IMG/VR virus record: IMGVR_UViG_3300005254_000135
Source of the DNA: a virus
Direction: 5' to 3' (one strand)
Length of the DNA: 64,000 nt
The notes under the pieces are model-generated. The model searched no databases and had not been told where the DNA came from. It was given only the letters and a program-made list of their open reading frames with translations. Shown here one piece after another: positions 17,720 through 27,406 of the stretch. The position numbers and the translations under genes are program-made. Each line of letters starts with the position of its first letter. Positions within the stretch are counted from its first letter, which is position 1.

Positions 17720-18244
17720 ATGGCCGGGCTGAGCATCAAGATCGACGGCTCGCGGGTTGACCGGAACCTGCGGCGCATCGAGCGCCGCCTGGGCAACCTC
17801 AGGCCGGTCATGGCCGCGATCGGCCAACTGGCCGTGACCTCGATCCGGCGCAACTTCGAGGAGGGCGGCCGGCCCGAGAAGTGGCGGCCGCTCAAGGCCT
17901 CGACCATCCGGGGCCAGTGGACCGCCGGCAACCGGGCCAGAAAGCGCAAGCGGGCGGTCAAGGCCGGCGGCAAGTTCAGCGCCGGGTACAAGCGCTTCGC
18001 CGCCGGCAAGAAGGTCCTGATCCGGTCGGGTCGGCTGCTCCGTTCGATCAACGCCCGGCCGGGCCGGCGGCAAGTTTGGGTGGGGACCAACCTCAAGTAC
18101 GCGGCCATTCATCACTTCGGCGGCCGGGCCGGCCGGGGCCACAAGACGATCATTCCGGCGCGGCCCTTCCTGATGCTCCAGGCCGAGGATCACCAGGAAA
18201 TCAGGGCCCTGCTGGCCCGGCACGCCACCGGGGAGAGAGGTTAA
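17720..18244 (+). CDS. Virion morphogenesis protein (Mu gpG-like)
   Basis: RNFEEGGRPEKWRPLK...LIRSGRLLRSI...VGTNLKYAAIHHFGG...IPARPFL. Confidence 0.92.
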   Translation: MAGLSIKIDGSRVDRNLRRIERRLGNLRPVMAAIGQLAVTSIRRNFEEGGRPEKWRPLKASTIRGQWTAGNRARKRKRAVKAGGKFSAGYKRFAAGKKVLIRSGRLLRSINARPGRRQVWVGTNLKYAAIHHFGGRAGRGHKTIIPARPFLMLQAEDHQEIRALLARHATGERG

Positions 18245-19416
18245 TGGGCAAAGACTCACAAATCGGCGTCGGCCCGATCATCGAAATCGCCCTGGCCGCC
18301 GAGGGCCAGGCGCCGCCGGCCGAGTTCCGGATCTGGCCAGTCGGCTGGATCAATCTGCGTGATGGCGATCGAGTCCTGGTCGATGAGGCCGGGATGCAAA
18401 GCGCGGTTAACCGGCTCATGGCTGGAGGAGTGGATCTGGTGATCGATTTTCACCATCAATCCACCCCGGAGTTTCGGCCGGACAATCCCCATCTGAGGGC
18501 CGACCGGACGGCCCCAGCGGCGGGCTGGTGCCGCCTCGAGGCCCGGCCGGACGGCCTCTGGGCGGTCAAGGTTCGGTGGACCCCACAGGCAGCCCAACAA
18601 GTGGCCGACCGGGAGTTTAGATACGTAAGTCCCGCATTTTGGATGGAGAAGCAAACCGGGCGCCTGATGGAGATTGTGGCGCTGAGTCTCACCAATCGAC
18701 CGGCGACCCTATTCGCTGAACCGTTGGTCGCCCAACAAGAACAAGGAGGCATTGTGGACAGGTTGAGGGAATTTTTAGGCAAGCTGGCCCAGGCCCTGGG
18801 CGTCACGGGTGAGCTGACCGAGGACACGGCCCTGGAGCTGGCCGGCGCGGCGGCCCAGGCCCAGCGGGAGCTGGCCCAGGCGGCCGAGGCGGCCGGACTG
18901 AAGCCGGGCGAGTTCAAGCCCGAGGACCTCAAGCCCAAGGTGGCCGAGCTGGCCGCGGCCGCGGCCAAGACGGGGGGCGGCGGCGAGTTCCGGGCCAAGG
19001 TGGCCCAGGCGGCCGGCCTCAAGCCCGAGGCGGCCGAGCCCGAGATCCTGGGGGCCGTCCAGGCCCACGCGGCCGGGGCCAAGGGCGCGGGCGACCTGGC
19101 CGAGCGGGTGGCCGAGTTGGAGAAGGGCTCGAAGCAGGCCGCGGTGGCCAGCCTGGTCAATCAGGCCCTCAAGGAGGGCAAGATCCTGGCCTCCCAGAAG
19201 GGCTGGTTGGAGGAGCTGGCCGGGGAAAACCTGGCCCAGGCCACTGCCTACGTCCAGCACGCCCCCCGGCTCGTCCCCCTGGGCGACCCCAAGACCGCCG
19301 GCCTGGGGCCGGTCAAGCCGACCGAGGGCGGCCTGACGCCCGAGGCGGCCCAGGTGGCCAGCCTGATGGGCAACGACCCCAAGAAGCTGGCCGAGATGCT
19401 GGCAAAGGAGGGCTAA
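18244..19416 (+). CDS. Head protease/scaffold (Mu gpI-like)
   Basis: True start ATG 18244; LVIDFHHQ, AAGW, WTPQA...EFRYVSP, ALSLTNRPA. Confidence 0.9.
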   Translation: MGKDSQIGVGPIIEIALAAEGQAPPAEFRIWPVGWINLRDGDRVLVDEAGMQSAVNRLMAGGVDLVIDFHHQSTPEFRPDNPHLRADRTAPAAGWCRLEARPDGLWAVKVRWTPQAAQQVADREFRYVSPAFWMEKQTGRLMEIVALSLTNRPATLFAEPLVAQQEQGGIVDRLREFLGKLAQALGVTGELTEDTALELAGAAAQAQRELAQAAEAAGLKPGEFKPEDLKPKVAELAAAAAKTGGGGEFRAKVAQAAGLKPEAAEPEILGAVQAHAAGAKGAGDLAERVAELEKGSKQAAVASLVNQALKEGKILASQKGWLEELAGENLAQATAYVQHAPRLVPLGDPKTAGLGPVKPTEGGLTPEAAQVASLMGNDPKKLAEMLAKEG

Positions 19417-20202
19417 ATGGCTCTGTCAGCCGACATAAAGATCACCCGGCAGGAAGGGCAGGTGCTCGGCCTGCCGGTCAAGGGCACGACCAAGGTCTAC
19501 GGCGGCGGCCTGGTGGCCGTCGACTCGACCGGCTACGCCCTGCCCGCGGCCGATACGGCCGGGCTCAAGTTCCGGGGGATCGCCCGCCACCAGGCGGACA
19601 ACTCCAGCGGCGGCGACGGCGACAAGCAGATCGAGGTCTGGACCGGCGGGGTCTTCGAGCTGACCGTGGTCTCAACCCTGGCCCAGACCGACCTTGGCCG
19701 GCCGGTCTTCGTCAAGGACGACAGCCAGGTCGACCTCAAGACGGGCAACTTTATCAAGGTCGGCCGGATCGTCGAGATCGTCTCGGCCAACAAGGCGATG
19801 GTCAGGCTGGACCTGGAGATCGACGAGGAGTTCCAATTCTACGTCAGCCTGCCCGTGGCCGCCGGGGCTATCCTTACCAAGGGCGATATGATCGCCCGCA
19901 ACGCCGCCGGCTACGTCCTGCCCGCGGCCGACCTCTCGACCCTGACCTTCACCGGGATGTTCGCCGCCTTCGACGCCAACAACTCCGGAGGCTCCAACGG
20001 CGAGATCGATGTCGTCGCCGAGGCCAAGGACCACGTCCGTATCCAGTGCACCAGTTCCCCAGCCGCGGGCAACCTGGGCGCGACCGTCTACGTGCAGACC
20101 GCCACCACGGTCGGGCTGGCCACGACCAATTCGCGGGCCGTCGGCAAGATCGCCCAGGTGATCGATTCCACCTGGCTGATCGTCGCCCCCGCGGCGGCCT
20201 AG
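19417..20202 (+). CDS. Capsid decoration/cement protein with tandem duplicated domain
   Basis: Two similar halves: LPV...G.L/MI.....GY.LPAAD...L.F.G...NS.G..G. Confidence 0.7.
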   Translation: MALSADIKITRQEGQVLGLPVKGTTKVYGGGLVAVDSTGYALPAADTAGLKFRGIARHQADNSSGGDGDKQIEVWTGGVFELTVVSTLAQTDLGRPVFVKDDSQVDLKTGNFIKVGRIVEIVSANKAMVRLDLEIDEEFQFYVSLPVAAGAILTKGDMIARNAAGYVLPAADLSTLTFTGMFAAFDANNSGGSNGEIDVVAEAKDHVRIQCTSSPAAGNLGATVYVQTATTVGLATTNSRAVGKIAQVIDSTWLIVAPAAA

Positions 20203-20217
20203 AGGAGGATTGAGGAC

Positions 20218-21129
20218 ATGATCATCACCGCGGAAGTATTGAAGGCCGTCTACGAGAACCTGCGCCTGGTCTTCAAGGAAACCCTGGACGAAACCAAAAC
20301 CTTCTGGGAGCGGGTGGCCATGCTGGTGCCCTCCAGCACTAGCCAGGAGGTCTACGGCTGGCTCAAATCCCTGCCCGGCCTGCGCGAGTGGATCGGCGAT
20401 CGCAAGATCAAGTCCCTGGAGACGGTGGGCTACACCATCGTCAACAAGTCCTGGGAATCCACCGTAGGGCTTAAAAGGGACCATGTCGAGGACGAGAAAC
20501 TGGGCATCTACAGGTCCATTATTCAGAACCTGGCCCAGGCCGCCAAGCTGCATCCGGACGAACTGATCTTCGGCCTGCTCGCGGACGGGTTCGACCACAT
20601 CTGCCACGACGGCCAGAACTTCTTCGACGGCGACCACCCAGTGGACAGCTCGGACACGAGCAAGGGGACCTGGTCGAACGTTGGCTCCGGCTCGTCCACG
20701 CCCTGGTATCTGCTGGATGTCTCCCGGCCGCTCAAGCCCCTGATCTACCAGCAGCGCAGGCCCATCGAACTCACCTCCCTGGATGACCCGCGGGACGAGA
20801 ACGTGTTCATGCGGGCCGAGTACCTCTTCGGCGTGGACGCCCGGCACAACGTCGGCTACGGCCTGCCGCAGCTCGCTTTCGGCAGCAAGGCCGAGCTGAA
20901 CGGGACCGCCTACGCCGCGGCCAGGGCGGCCATGATGAGCCTCAAGAACGAGGAAGGCAGGCCCTTAAACATCTTGGGCCAGGGCCAGCCCCTGCTGGTG
21001 GTGCCGCCCACGCTGGAGGCGTCCGCCCGCAAGCTCCTCCAGAACGAGAAGATCATCACCGGCGAGACCAGCGAGGACAACCCCTGGAAGGGCACGGCCG
21101 ACCTGATGGTCTGCTCCTGGCTGGCCTAG
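20218..21129 (+). CDS. Major capsid protein (Mu gpT-like)
   Basis: YGWLKSLPGLREWIGDR, NFFDGDHPV, PWYLLDVSRPLKPLIYQ, LVVPPTLE. Confidence 0.95.
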   Translation: MIITAEVLKAVYENLRLVFKETLDETKTFWERVAMLVPSSTSQEVYGWLKSLPGLREWIGDRKIKSLETVGYTIVNKSWESTVGLKRDHVEDEKLGIYRSIIQNLAQAAKLHPDELIFGLLADGFDHICHDGQNFFDGDHPVDSSDTSKGTWSNVGSGSSTPWYLLDVSRPLKPLIYQQRRPIELTSLDDPRDENVFMRAEYLFGVDARHNVGYGLPQLAFGSKAELNGTAYAAARAAMMSLKNEEGRPLNILGQGQPLLVVPPTLEASARKLLQNEKIITGETSEDNPWKGTADLMVCSWLA

Positions 21130-21141
21130 GGGAGGGCTGAG

Positions 21142-21561
21142 ATGATCAAGGCCGTGAACATCAGGGCCATCCCGGAGCGCGGGTTCTGGCGCTGCGGGAT
21201 ATTCCACCCCCATGACTGGACAGGGCACCCGGGCGACCGCTTCTCCCCCGAGGAGCTGGGGCGGCTCCAGGCCGAGCCCCAGCTCGAGGTGAAGATCGTC
21301 GAGGCCGAGGAGCCGGTTCAGACCAAGAAGGCCGATGACGCGGCGGCGCCGGCGGCCGAGGAGGAGCCGGCCAAACCCGAGCCGGAGGCAACCCTGGAGG
21401 AGCTGATCTGGGCGGCCAGGAAGTGCATCCCGCTCGGTTACACGACCAAGGACGGCAAGCCCACGGTCGAAGGCATGGAAAAGATTCTCAAACGCAGCAT
21501 CAGCGCCGCCGACCGAGACCGGGCCTGGAGCGCCCTCGAGGCCAAAGCCAAGGGGGACTAG
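21142..21561 (+). CDS. HI1506-like Mu prophage protein
   Basis: RAIPERGFWRCG...FSPEELGRLQAEPQLEV. Confidence 0.7.
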   Translation: MIKAVNIRAIPERGFWRCGIFHPHDWTGHPGDRFSPEELGRLQAEPQLEVKIVEAEEPVQTKKADDAAAPAAEEEPAKPEPEATLEELIWAARKCIPLGYTTKDGKPTVEGMEKILKRSISAADRDRAWSALEAKAKGD

Positions 21562-21993
21562 ATGGGCTACTGCGGCCAGGACGATCTGCTGACCCGGATC
21601 AGCGAAGAGGAGCTGGCCGAGTTGACGGCCGAGTCCGGTTCCGAGGTGGACTCGGCCGTGGTCGGCCAGGCCATCAGCGAGGCCGGCCGGGAGATCGACT
21701 CCTGGTGCGGAGGGCGCTACACGGTACCCTTCAGCCCGACGCCCGGGCTGATCCGCTCGCTCTGCATCGACCTGGCCCTGCATCGACTTTACCAGCGCCG
21801 GGACCTGGGCGACCAGGAATCCCGGAAGAGCGCGGCCGACGAGGCCCGCAGACTGCTCAAATCCATCTCCCTGGGCCAGGCCGTGGTCCCCGGCGCCGAG
21901 AGCCAACTGGCCCCCTCGGCGCCGGCCGGGGCGGGCGTGGACATTACCTCGGCCCCGAGGCGGTACACGGTTGATTCGATGAAGGACTTCTGA
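21562..21993 (+). CDS. Head-tail connector (Mu gp36/DUF1320)
   Basis: YCGQDDL...AISEAGREIDSW...RYTVP...LKSISLG. Confidence 0.88.
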   Translation: MGYCGQDDLLTRISEEELAELTAESGSEVDSAVVGQAISEAGREIDSWCGGRYTVPFSPTPGLIRSLCIDLALHRLYQRRDLGDQESRKSAADEARRLLKSISLGQAVVPGAESQLAPSAPAGAGVDITSAPRRYTVDSMKDF

Positions 21994-21994
21994 A

Positions 21995-22582
21995 GTGCCC
22001 ATCCCGCTGTTGACCCAGATCGAGGATGCCATCCTGGAGGCTCTCCGGGTCCAGACCACGCTCGCGGGCGAGACCGAGAGCTACCTCAAGACCCTCAAGC
22101 TCTACGACGGCGAGCTGGATCTGGACGACCTCCGCCGGGCGGCCAAGCTCTTCCCGGCCATGCTGGTGGCCTACAGCGGCTGCGAGATCGGGGAGCGGCT
22201 CAGCGCCCGGGAGTGGCGGGTGACCTACCTCTGGACGGTTGTCGTGGCCGACAAGTCCATGCGCCGTTCCCTGGCGGCCCGCCGGGGGACCTTCGGGACC
22301 TCCCGCATGATCGAGGACTGTCGGAGGGCCCTGGTCGGCCGCGACCTGGGCCTGGAGGACATGGACCCGTTCGGCTGGCCGGACGAGGCGGTTTTGGAGC
22401 AAGGGCGAGAGCTGAGCATCTATGCCCTCTTGTTCCCCGCGGCGGCCGACCTGAGCATCGAGCGGGAATACCTGGACGAATGGCTGGAGCAGATCGGCCT
22501 GGGGCTCTACCTGCAGGAGCACGAGCCGGAGGACGAGCCCGACGTCTCCGGTCTGGCCCAGCTTGAACGAGAGGAGGATTGA
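21995..22582 (+). CDS. Tail terminator-like protein (Mu gp37-like)
   Basis: QIEDAIL...LKLYDGELD...FPAMLVAYSG; synteny. Confidence 0.75.
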   Translation: MPIPLLTQIEDAILEALRVQTTLAGETESYLKTLKLYDGELDLDDLRRAAKLFPAMLVAYSGCEIGERLSAREWRVTYLWTVVVADKSMRRSLAARRGTFGTSRMIEDCRRALVGRDLGLEDMDPFGWPDEAVLEQGRELSIYALLFPAAADLSIEREYLDEWLEQIGLGLYLQEHEPEDEPDVSGLAQLEREED

Positions 22583-22968
22583 CGGTGAGAGAGCCAATCT
22601 GGGTCAAGGCGACCAGACCCGACGTGCCGGTGCCCAGAGGTCCCGGCCACGGCCGCCGCAACCCGATCACGGCCGAGAGGCCGGCCCTGGTGGACGGCAA
22701 GAGTACCTACATCCTTGGCCGCCTGCGCGATGGAGAGGTGGTGGAGATCAAGGAGGCCGAGGCCCGGACGCTCTTGGCCAAGGCCAAGGCTGAGGCGGAA
22801 GCCAAGGCCAAAGCCGAGGCGAAGGCCAGGGCCAAGGCCGAGGCGGATGCCAAGGCTAAAGCTGAGGCGGAAGCCAAGGCCGCGGCGGAAGCCAAGGCCG
22901 AGGCAGAGGTCCAGGCCGAACCAGAGGCCGCGGCCGAGCCCGAGGTCAAGGGCGGGAGGAAGAAATGA
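22579..22968 (+). CDS. Mu gp38-like protein with Ala/Lys/Glu-rich repeat tail
   Basis: VPVP...YILGRLRDGEVVE core plus AKAEAEAKAK repeats (~22780-22920). Confidence 0.65.
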   Translation: MTVREPIWVKATRPDVPVPRGPGHGRRNPITAERPALVDGKSTYILGRLRDGEVVEIKEAEARTLLAKAKAEAEAKAKAEAKARAKAEADAKAKAEAEAKAAAEAKAEAEVQAEPEAAAEPEVKGGRKK

Positions 22969-24413
22969 GCGAAGCCATTGCCATCACCTTCGACCGGCTC
23001 AAGCCTTCCGAGGAGGTGCCGGGCTGGTACGGCGAGATCGACCCTTCCCAGGCCATGCGGCGCTTCCGCGGCCGGGTCAACCGCCGGGTCTGCCTGGTCG
23101 GCCAGAAGACGGCCGCCGGCGAGACCGCGGTCGGCTCGCTGCAGCGGATCTTCAATACCGACGACTTGCTGACCTTCTTCGGGCCGGGCTCGGAGTTGGA
23201 CATGATGGGCCGGGCGTCCCTGGCCACCGACAACCTGGTCGAGCTGCTGGCCGTGGCGGCCGATCCCCAGTCCGGCGCCGTGGACGCGGCGGCGACGATG
23301 TCCTTCGGCGGTTCGACCGCCACCACGGACGTCATGGCCAAGGCCCGGATAGGCAACCAGCGGTTCACCTTCGCCATCACGGCCGGCATGAGCGCCGGCG
23401 ACGTGGCCGCCGCCTTCTCGCAGGCCGTGAACAACCGGGTCATCCTGCCGGTCTCGGCGGCCGTAATATCTTCGACCAAGGTGGACGTCACGGCCAAGTG
23501 CCCCGGGGCCGTGGGCAACAAGCTCACCTGGGAGATCGTCACCGGCGACGAGATCACGGCCAGCCCGGGCGCCTTCGCCAACGGAGACGGCGGCCTGGAC
23601 ATGGCCAGCGTCCTGCCGTCCTTGGTCTCACCGTCCCTGGGCCTCCAGCCCAGCCACATCGTCTGCAGCGACTCGTCCGAGGCCACCCTCCAGGATCTGC
23701 GCGACCACTGTTACAACATGGCCGATCCGACGGTGATGAAATTCTGCTTCGGCTTCGGCGCGGCCACGGGCACCCTCTCCGAGGCGACGGCCCTGGCCGT
23801 GGTCATTGACGACTGGTACATGAACCTGCCGGCCGTGAAGACGCCCTCCATGCCCTATGAGCTGGCCGCCGGCTACGCCACGGCCATAGCCAGCGAGGAG
23901 GACCCGGCCCGGCCCAGGCAGGACCTGATAGTCAAGGGCGTCGGGGTGCCGCTCCTGGACAAGGACGTCTGGGAACACAATGAGTGCCAGACCCTGATCG
24001 AGAACGGCGTCGCCCCCCTGGTACCCAACAATAAGGGCCAGTTGGTCATCGTCCGGGAGCCCTCGACCCTGGTGACCGACAGCGGCGGCGCCGAGACCGA
24101 CGTGGTTTGGGATCATCCCATCCCGGACACGGCCACCTACCTGATCAAGGAATGGATCTCCTACCTGAAGGCGCAGTATCCCCGGCAGAAGAAGTACGGC
24201 GGCATTCACGCGGACCTGAAAAGCGCCAGCCTGGTCTTCTTCCGCAAGATGGCCGCCCCGGATGTGGCCCTGGTCGTGGACCCGGACAGTTGGGCCGCCT
24301 CGATCGTTTTCCAGGACAATGCCGCCAACCCGCAGCGGATCGACGGCCAGGCCGACCCCCAGATCGTGGTCGGCCTGCGCATTATCGGTCTTAAACTGCG
24401 GATCGTCTTCTAG
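22965..24413 (+). CDS. Contractile tail sheath (Mu gpL-like)
   Basis: VPGWYGEID, FFGPGSEL, AKCPGAVGN, DPARPRQ, NPQRID. Confidence 0.9.
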   Translation: MSEAIAITFDRLKPSEEVPGWYGEIDPSQAMRRFRGRVNRRVCLVGQKTAAGETAVGSLQRIFNTDDLLTFFGPGSELDMMGRASLATDNLVELLAVAADPQSGAVDAAATMSFGGSTATTDVMAKARIGNQRFTFAITAGMSAGDVAAAFSQAVNNRVILPVSAAVISSTKVDVTAKCPGAVGNKLTWEIVTGDEITASPGAFANGDGGLDMASVLPSLVSPSLGLQPSHIVCSDSSEATLQDLRDHCYNMADPTVMKFCFGFGAATGTLSEATALAVVIDDWYMNLPAVKTPSMPYELAAGYATAIASEEDPARPRQDLIVKGVGVPLLDKDVWEHNECQTLIENGVAPLVPNNKGQLVIVREPSTLVTDSGGAETDVVWDHPIPDTATYLIKEWISYLKAQYPRQKKYGGIHADLKSASLVFFRKMAAPDVALVVDPDSWAASIVFQDNAANPQRIDGQADPQIVVGLRIIGLKLRIVF

Positions 24414-24423
24414 GAGGGAGGCC

Positions 24424-24801
24424 GTGGCCAACAAGGTTGGATCCATCATTCTGAAGGTGGACGGCCGGGAAATACCGGTCAAGTCCGTCAAGCCCACTGA
24501 GAAGACCGGGCGGGTGCGCGTCCCGTTAATGACCTCGGATTCCAGCGACAACAGCCGGGCCAATGTGACCAAGGAAACCGAGATCGAGCTCGTGGTCCCC
24601 ATCCCGGAGGACGGCAACGAGCCCAACTGGGCGGCCATCGACGGGGCCGCGATCCTGATCGCCACTCCGAACGGCACCTGGCGCACTGCCTATGATGACT
24701 TCTACACCGAGGAAATCAGCCCCGAATACGACGTCGAGGGGGCGGCCATGAGGACCATCAGGGGCCACGCCAAGCCGCCTCGCAGCGGCTCCTTCGCCTG
24801 A
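24424..24801 (+). CDS. Tail tube protein
   Basis: GTG start after SD GGAGGG; between sheath and chaperone. Confidence 0.75.
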   Translation: MANKVGSIILKVDGREIPVKSVKPTEKTGRVRVPLMTSDSSDNSRANVTKETEIELVVPIPEDGNEPNWAAIDGAAILIATPNGTWRTAYDDFYTEEISPEYDVEGAAMRTIRGHAKPPRSGSFA

Positions 24802-24812
24802 GAGGAGGCAGC

Positions 24813-25280
24813 ATGAGCGACAACCACAAGGCGGCTCCCCTGCCGCCAGGCCTCCTGACCGAGGAGGTGACCCTGCCCGTGGGTGTCTATTGGCTGGAGA
24901 AGGTCTACCCCAAGGTGACGCTTCGGGCCGAGCAGTTCGGGGACGCTGAAATGGTGGCCGATTACTTCCTGGCCCAGGGGGTAATCGAGATTGACGAGGA
25001 GAAGAAAGGGGTCGAGATGCCGTTGGCGCAGTTCGGCCCGACCAAGCTCATGCTCAGGATCGTCCAGGCCGAGGCCGGGGACGGCGACAAGCTGACCGGA
25101 AATACCCTGCGCCAGGCCCTCCGGAACGGATTGCACCCCCAGGATGGCCAGGCGCTCGTGGAGGCCGACGCTCGCCTGGGGGAAAGACTGCCCGGCGCGA
25201 GCGGCTCCTCCGCCCCAGCCGGGCCGAAGAAATCGGCCTCCGCCGTCTCGGTTACACCGGAGTCGAGATCCGGCGAATGA
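24813..25280 (+). CDS. Tail assembly chaperone
   Basis: LPVGV...VTLRAE; between tube and tape measure; slippery GGGGGAAAG at 25178-25186. Confidence 0.75.
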   Translation: MSDNHKAAPLPPGLLTEEVTLPVGVYWLEKVYPKVTLRAEQFGDAEMVADYFLAQGVIEIDEEKKGVEMPLAQFGPTKLMLRIVQAEAGDGDKLTGNTLRQALRNGLHPQDGQALVEADARLGERLPGASGSSAPAGPKKSASAVSVTPESRSGE

Positions 25281-25369
25281 GCCAGGCCAAGGTCAAATCG
25301 GTCCTGGAGCTGGCCTATCCCCGGGAAGAGAGGCCGGGCGAATCCACCCGGCTCGTCTCGCCCGACTAG
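25178..25369 (+). other. Probable programmed -1 frameshift extension of the tail chaperone
   Basis: The -1 frame reads GKTARRERLLRPSRAEEIGLRRLGYTGVEIRRMSQAKVKSVLELAY... to TAG 25369, 9 nt before the tape-measure start. Confidence 0.6.
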
Positions 25370-25378
25370 GAGGCTGCA

Positions 25379-27406
25379 TTGGCCGGAGGCGGAGGCACCG
25401 TCTTCATCCGCATCGCCGCCGAGGGCGTCTCGGCCGTGTCCGTTCTGGGCCGGATACGCCAGAACATCCGCGACATGGCCAAGGACGCGGCCCGGGCCGA
25501 GCGCGAGTTTGTCCGGATGCGGAACGCCTTCGGCAAAGGCCTGCTGCTGGGCGGAGTCAGCTACGGCCTGACCAAGGCCATGAAGCCGGGGATACGAGAG
25601 GCGGCCAACCTCCAAGAGGTCCTGCAGAACATCAGCGCCGAGTGGGCCAACCTGGACGCGGGAACCAGAAAAATCAGCCTGGGCAGGATCCAAAAAGAAG
25701 CCGAGCGGGTGCAGGCCTTCGCCACGGGCGGGGCCAAGGAGATGGCCGAGATCGCCGCGATAATGGTCAGGTCCGGCGTGTCCGAAATAGCCGTCACGCA
25801 AAAGGGGGCAATGGAGGCGGCGGCCGCCCTGGGCACGCTGAACCGCGAGCTGTCTTATGAAGCCGCGGCGCCGATCATCGTCCAGACCGCGGCGATGGTC
25901 AAGACCGATGACTACAAGAGGGTCGTCCAGTCCCTGGAGGCGGCCAAGTCCATCTCGCCCCTGAACGTGCTGGAGACCTTTGCCGGCCTGGAAGACTTCG
26001 CGGCTCTGGCCAGCGATTTCGGCGACAGCATCGAGACGATGGTGGCCGCCCTGGCCAGCCTGAAAAACCAGGGCGTGAAGGGCGCGGAGGCCGGTACGGC
26101 CATCCGGATGTTCTATGCCAATCTGCTCGATCCCAGCCGGAGAAAGTATCTCAGGCGCCTGGGGGTGGAAGTCTACGACGCCAAGGGCCAGCTCAAGGGC
26201 ATGAACGAGCTGATCCCCCAGTTCCAGAAGGGCCTGGCCAAGCTCTCTCCGGCCAAACAGAAGCAGATCCTCATCAAGATCTTCGAGAAAGAACAGTTCG
26301 CCAGGGTCATACGCCTTTTTGATCAAGGGGAGTTCTCGGTCGAGAACATGAAAAAGCGCCTGGCCGAGGCCCCGACCTATCTCCAGAAACTCGAAGAGCA
26401 GATGAAGAGCCTCAATAAAAGGGTTCAGGCTATGGGCGGGAACATCGCTACCACCCTGGCCAAGATCTTCGATCCGATCACGCCCGACCTGGCGGAGGCG
26501 ACGCACGCTATAGACGGATTGATCACAAAAACCCGCGAGTTCATAGCCGAGCATCCGGGAATCAACAAAGGTCTTGCCTACACCCTCCCGGCCGCGGCGG
26601 TGGCGGCCGGGGGCGGGGCCCTAGCCTATGGGATCAAGGGCCTCCTTCACGGCCGCAACCTGGCCGGCCTGCTCAAAGGCAACCTGTTCCGCACCCTCCT
26701 GGGCCGGACGCGATCGATCACGGTCGAGCTGGCCCAGGCCAAGGCCCTGGAGGCGGCCGGGGTCGAAGCCCAGAAGGTCTTTGTGCTCAACTGGCCGGCC
26801 GGCTTGGACAGGGGCGCCCTGGGCGGGGGCGTCCTGGGCGGCCCGGCCGGGGGGGGCATGATCGGCGCGCCGGTCGCCGTAACCACGACCGAGGTGGCCC
26901 GCCTGGGCAGCCGCCTGAAGAGCCTGGGCAAGGGGGCTCTGGCCGCGTCCGGGCCGGTGGCGGCCATTGCGGCCGGGTTCTACGGCATCGCCAAGCTGAC
27001 CGAGTATTCCGAGACAAAGGCCCGGGAGCATTGGGAGAAAGTCTGGCCGAAGACGGAGCGGCCCACCAGCACCATCAGCGGCAAGCCGATGAACTGGCGG
27101 GAGATGATCAATCTATACGGCAGCATGGAGGCCGCCCTCAAGGAACGCGAAGGGCTGAAAGGCCGTACATTCGCGCCGAGCACACCCGAGTCAGAGAACG
27201 AGCTGCAGAGGCTGGTCGCCGCCGCCCGGAACTACACCGCGCCGCCCGCCACCGCGAGCGACCGGGTGCTCGCCCGGCTGGAGGCCCTCAGCGGCCTGGC
27301 CACCAGAGTCGACGTCAACGTCACGGTCACGGTCGATCCGGAGAGCGGCAAGGTCCTGACCAAGCATCAGGTTGAACGGCAGCTCCGGCGCGGGGAGGGG
27401 CTGTGA
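25379..27406 (+). CDS. Tail tape measure protein (TP901-like core)
   Basis: LKNQGVKGAEAGTAIR, LGVEVYDAKGQLKGM. Confidence 0.9.
   Translation: MAGGGGTVFIRIAAEGVSAVSVLGRIRQNIRDMAKDAARAEREFVRMRNAFGKGLLLGGVSYGLTKAMKPGIREAANLQEVLQNISAEWANLDAGTRKISLGRIQKEAERVQAFATGGAKEMAEIAAIMVRSGVSEIAVTQKGAMEAAAALGTLNRELSYEAAAPIIVQTAAMVKTDDYKRVVQSLEAAKSISPLNVLETFAGLEDFAALASDFGDSIETMVAALASLKNQGVKGAEAGTAIRMFYANLLDPSRRKYLRRLGVEVYDAKGQLKGMNELIPQFQKGLAKLSPAKQKQILIKIFEKEQFARVIRLFDQGEFSVENMKKRLAEAPTYLQKLEEQMKSLNKRVQAMGGNIATTLAKIFDPITPDLAEATHAIDGLITKTREFIAEHPGINKGLAYTLPAAAVAAGGGALAYGIKGLLHGRNLAGLLKGNLFRTLLGRTRSITVELAQAKALEAAGVEAQKVFVLNWPAGLDRGALGGGVLGGPAGGGMIGAPVAVTTTEVARLGSRLKSLGKGALAASGPVAAIAAGFYGIAKLTEYSETKAREHWEKVWPKTERPTSTISGKPMNWREMINLYGSMEAALKEREGLKGRTFAPSTPESENELQRLVAAARNYTAPPATASDRVLARLEALSGLATRVDVNVTVTVDPESGKVLTKHQVERQLRRGEGL

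Noticed and set aside
17881-18243. N-terminal extension of the gpI protease ORF (also 1444-1908 on MuB and 58205-58570 on the S49 protease)
   Set aside because: These extensions overlap upstream genes in another frame; the true starts coincide with stop-start overlaps.
22780-22920. AKAEAEAK repeat as a mobile or regulatory repeat
   Set aside because: In-frame low-complexity linker, common in phage neck and tail proteins.
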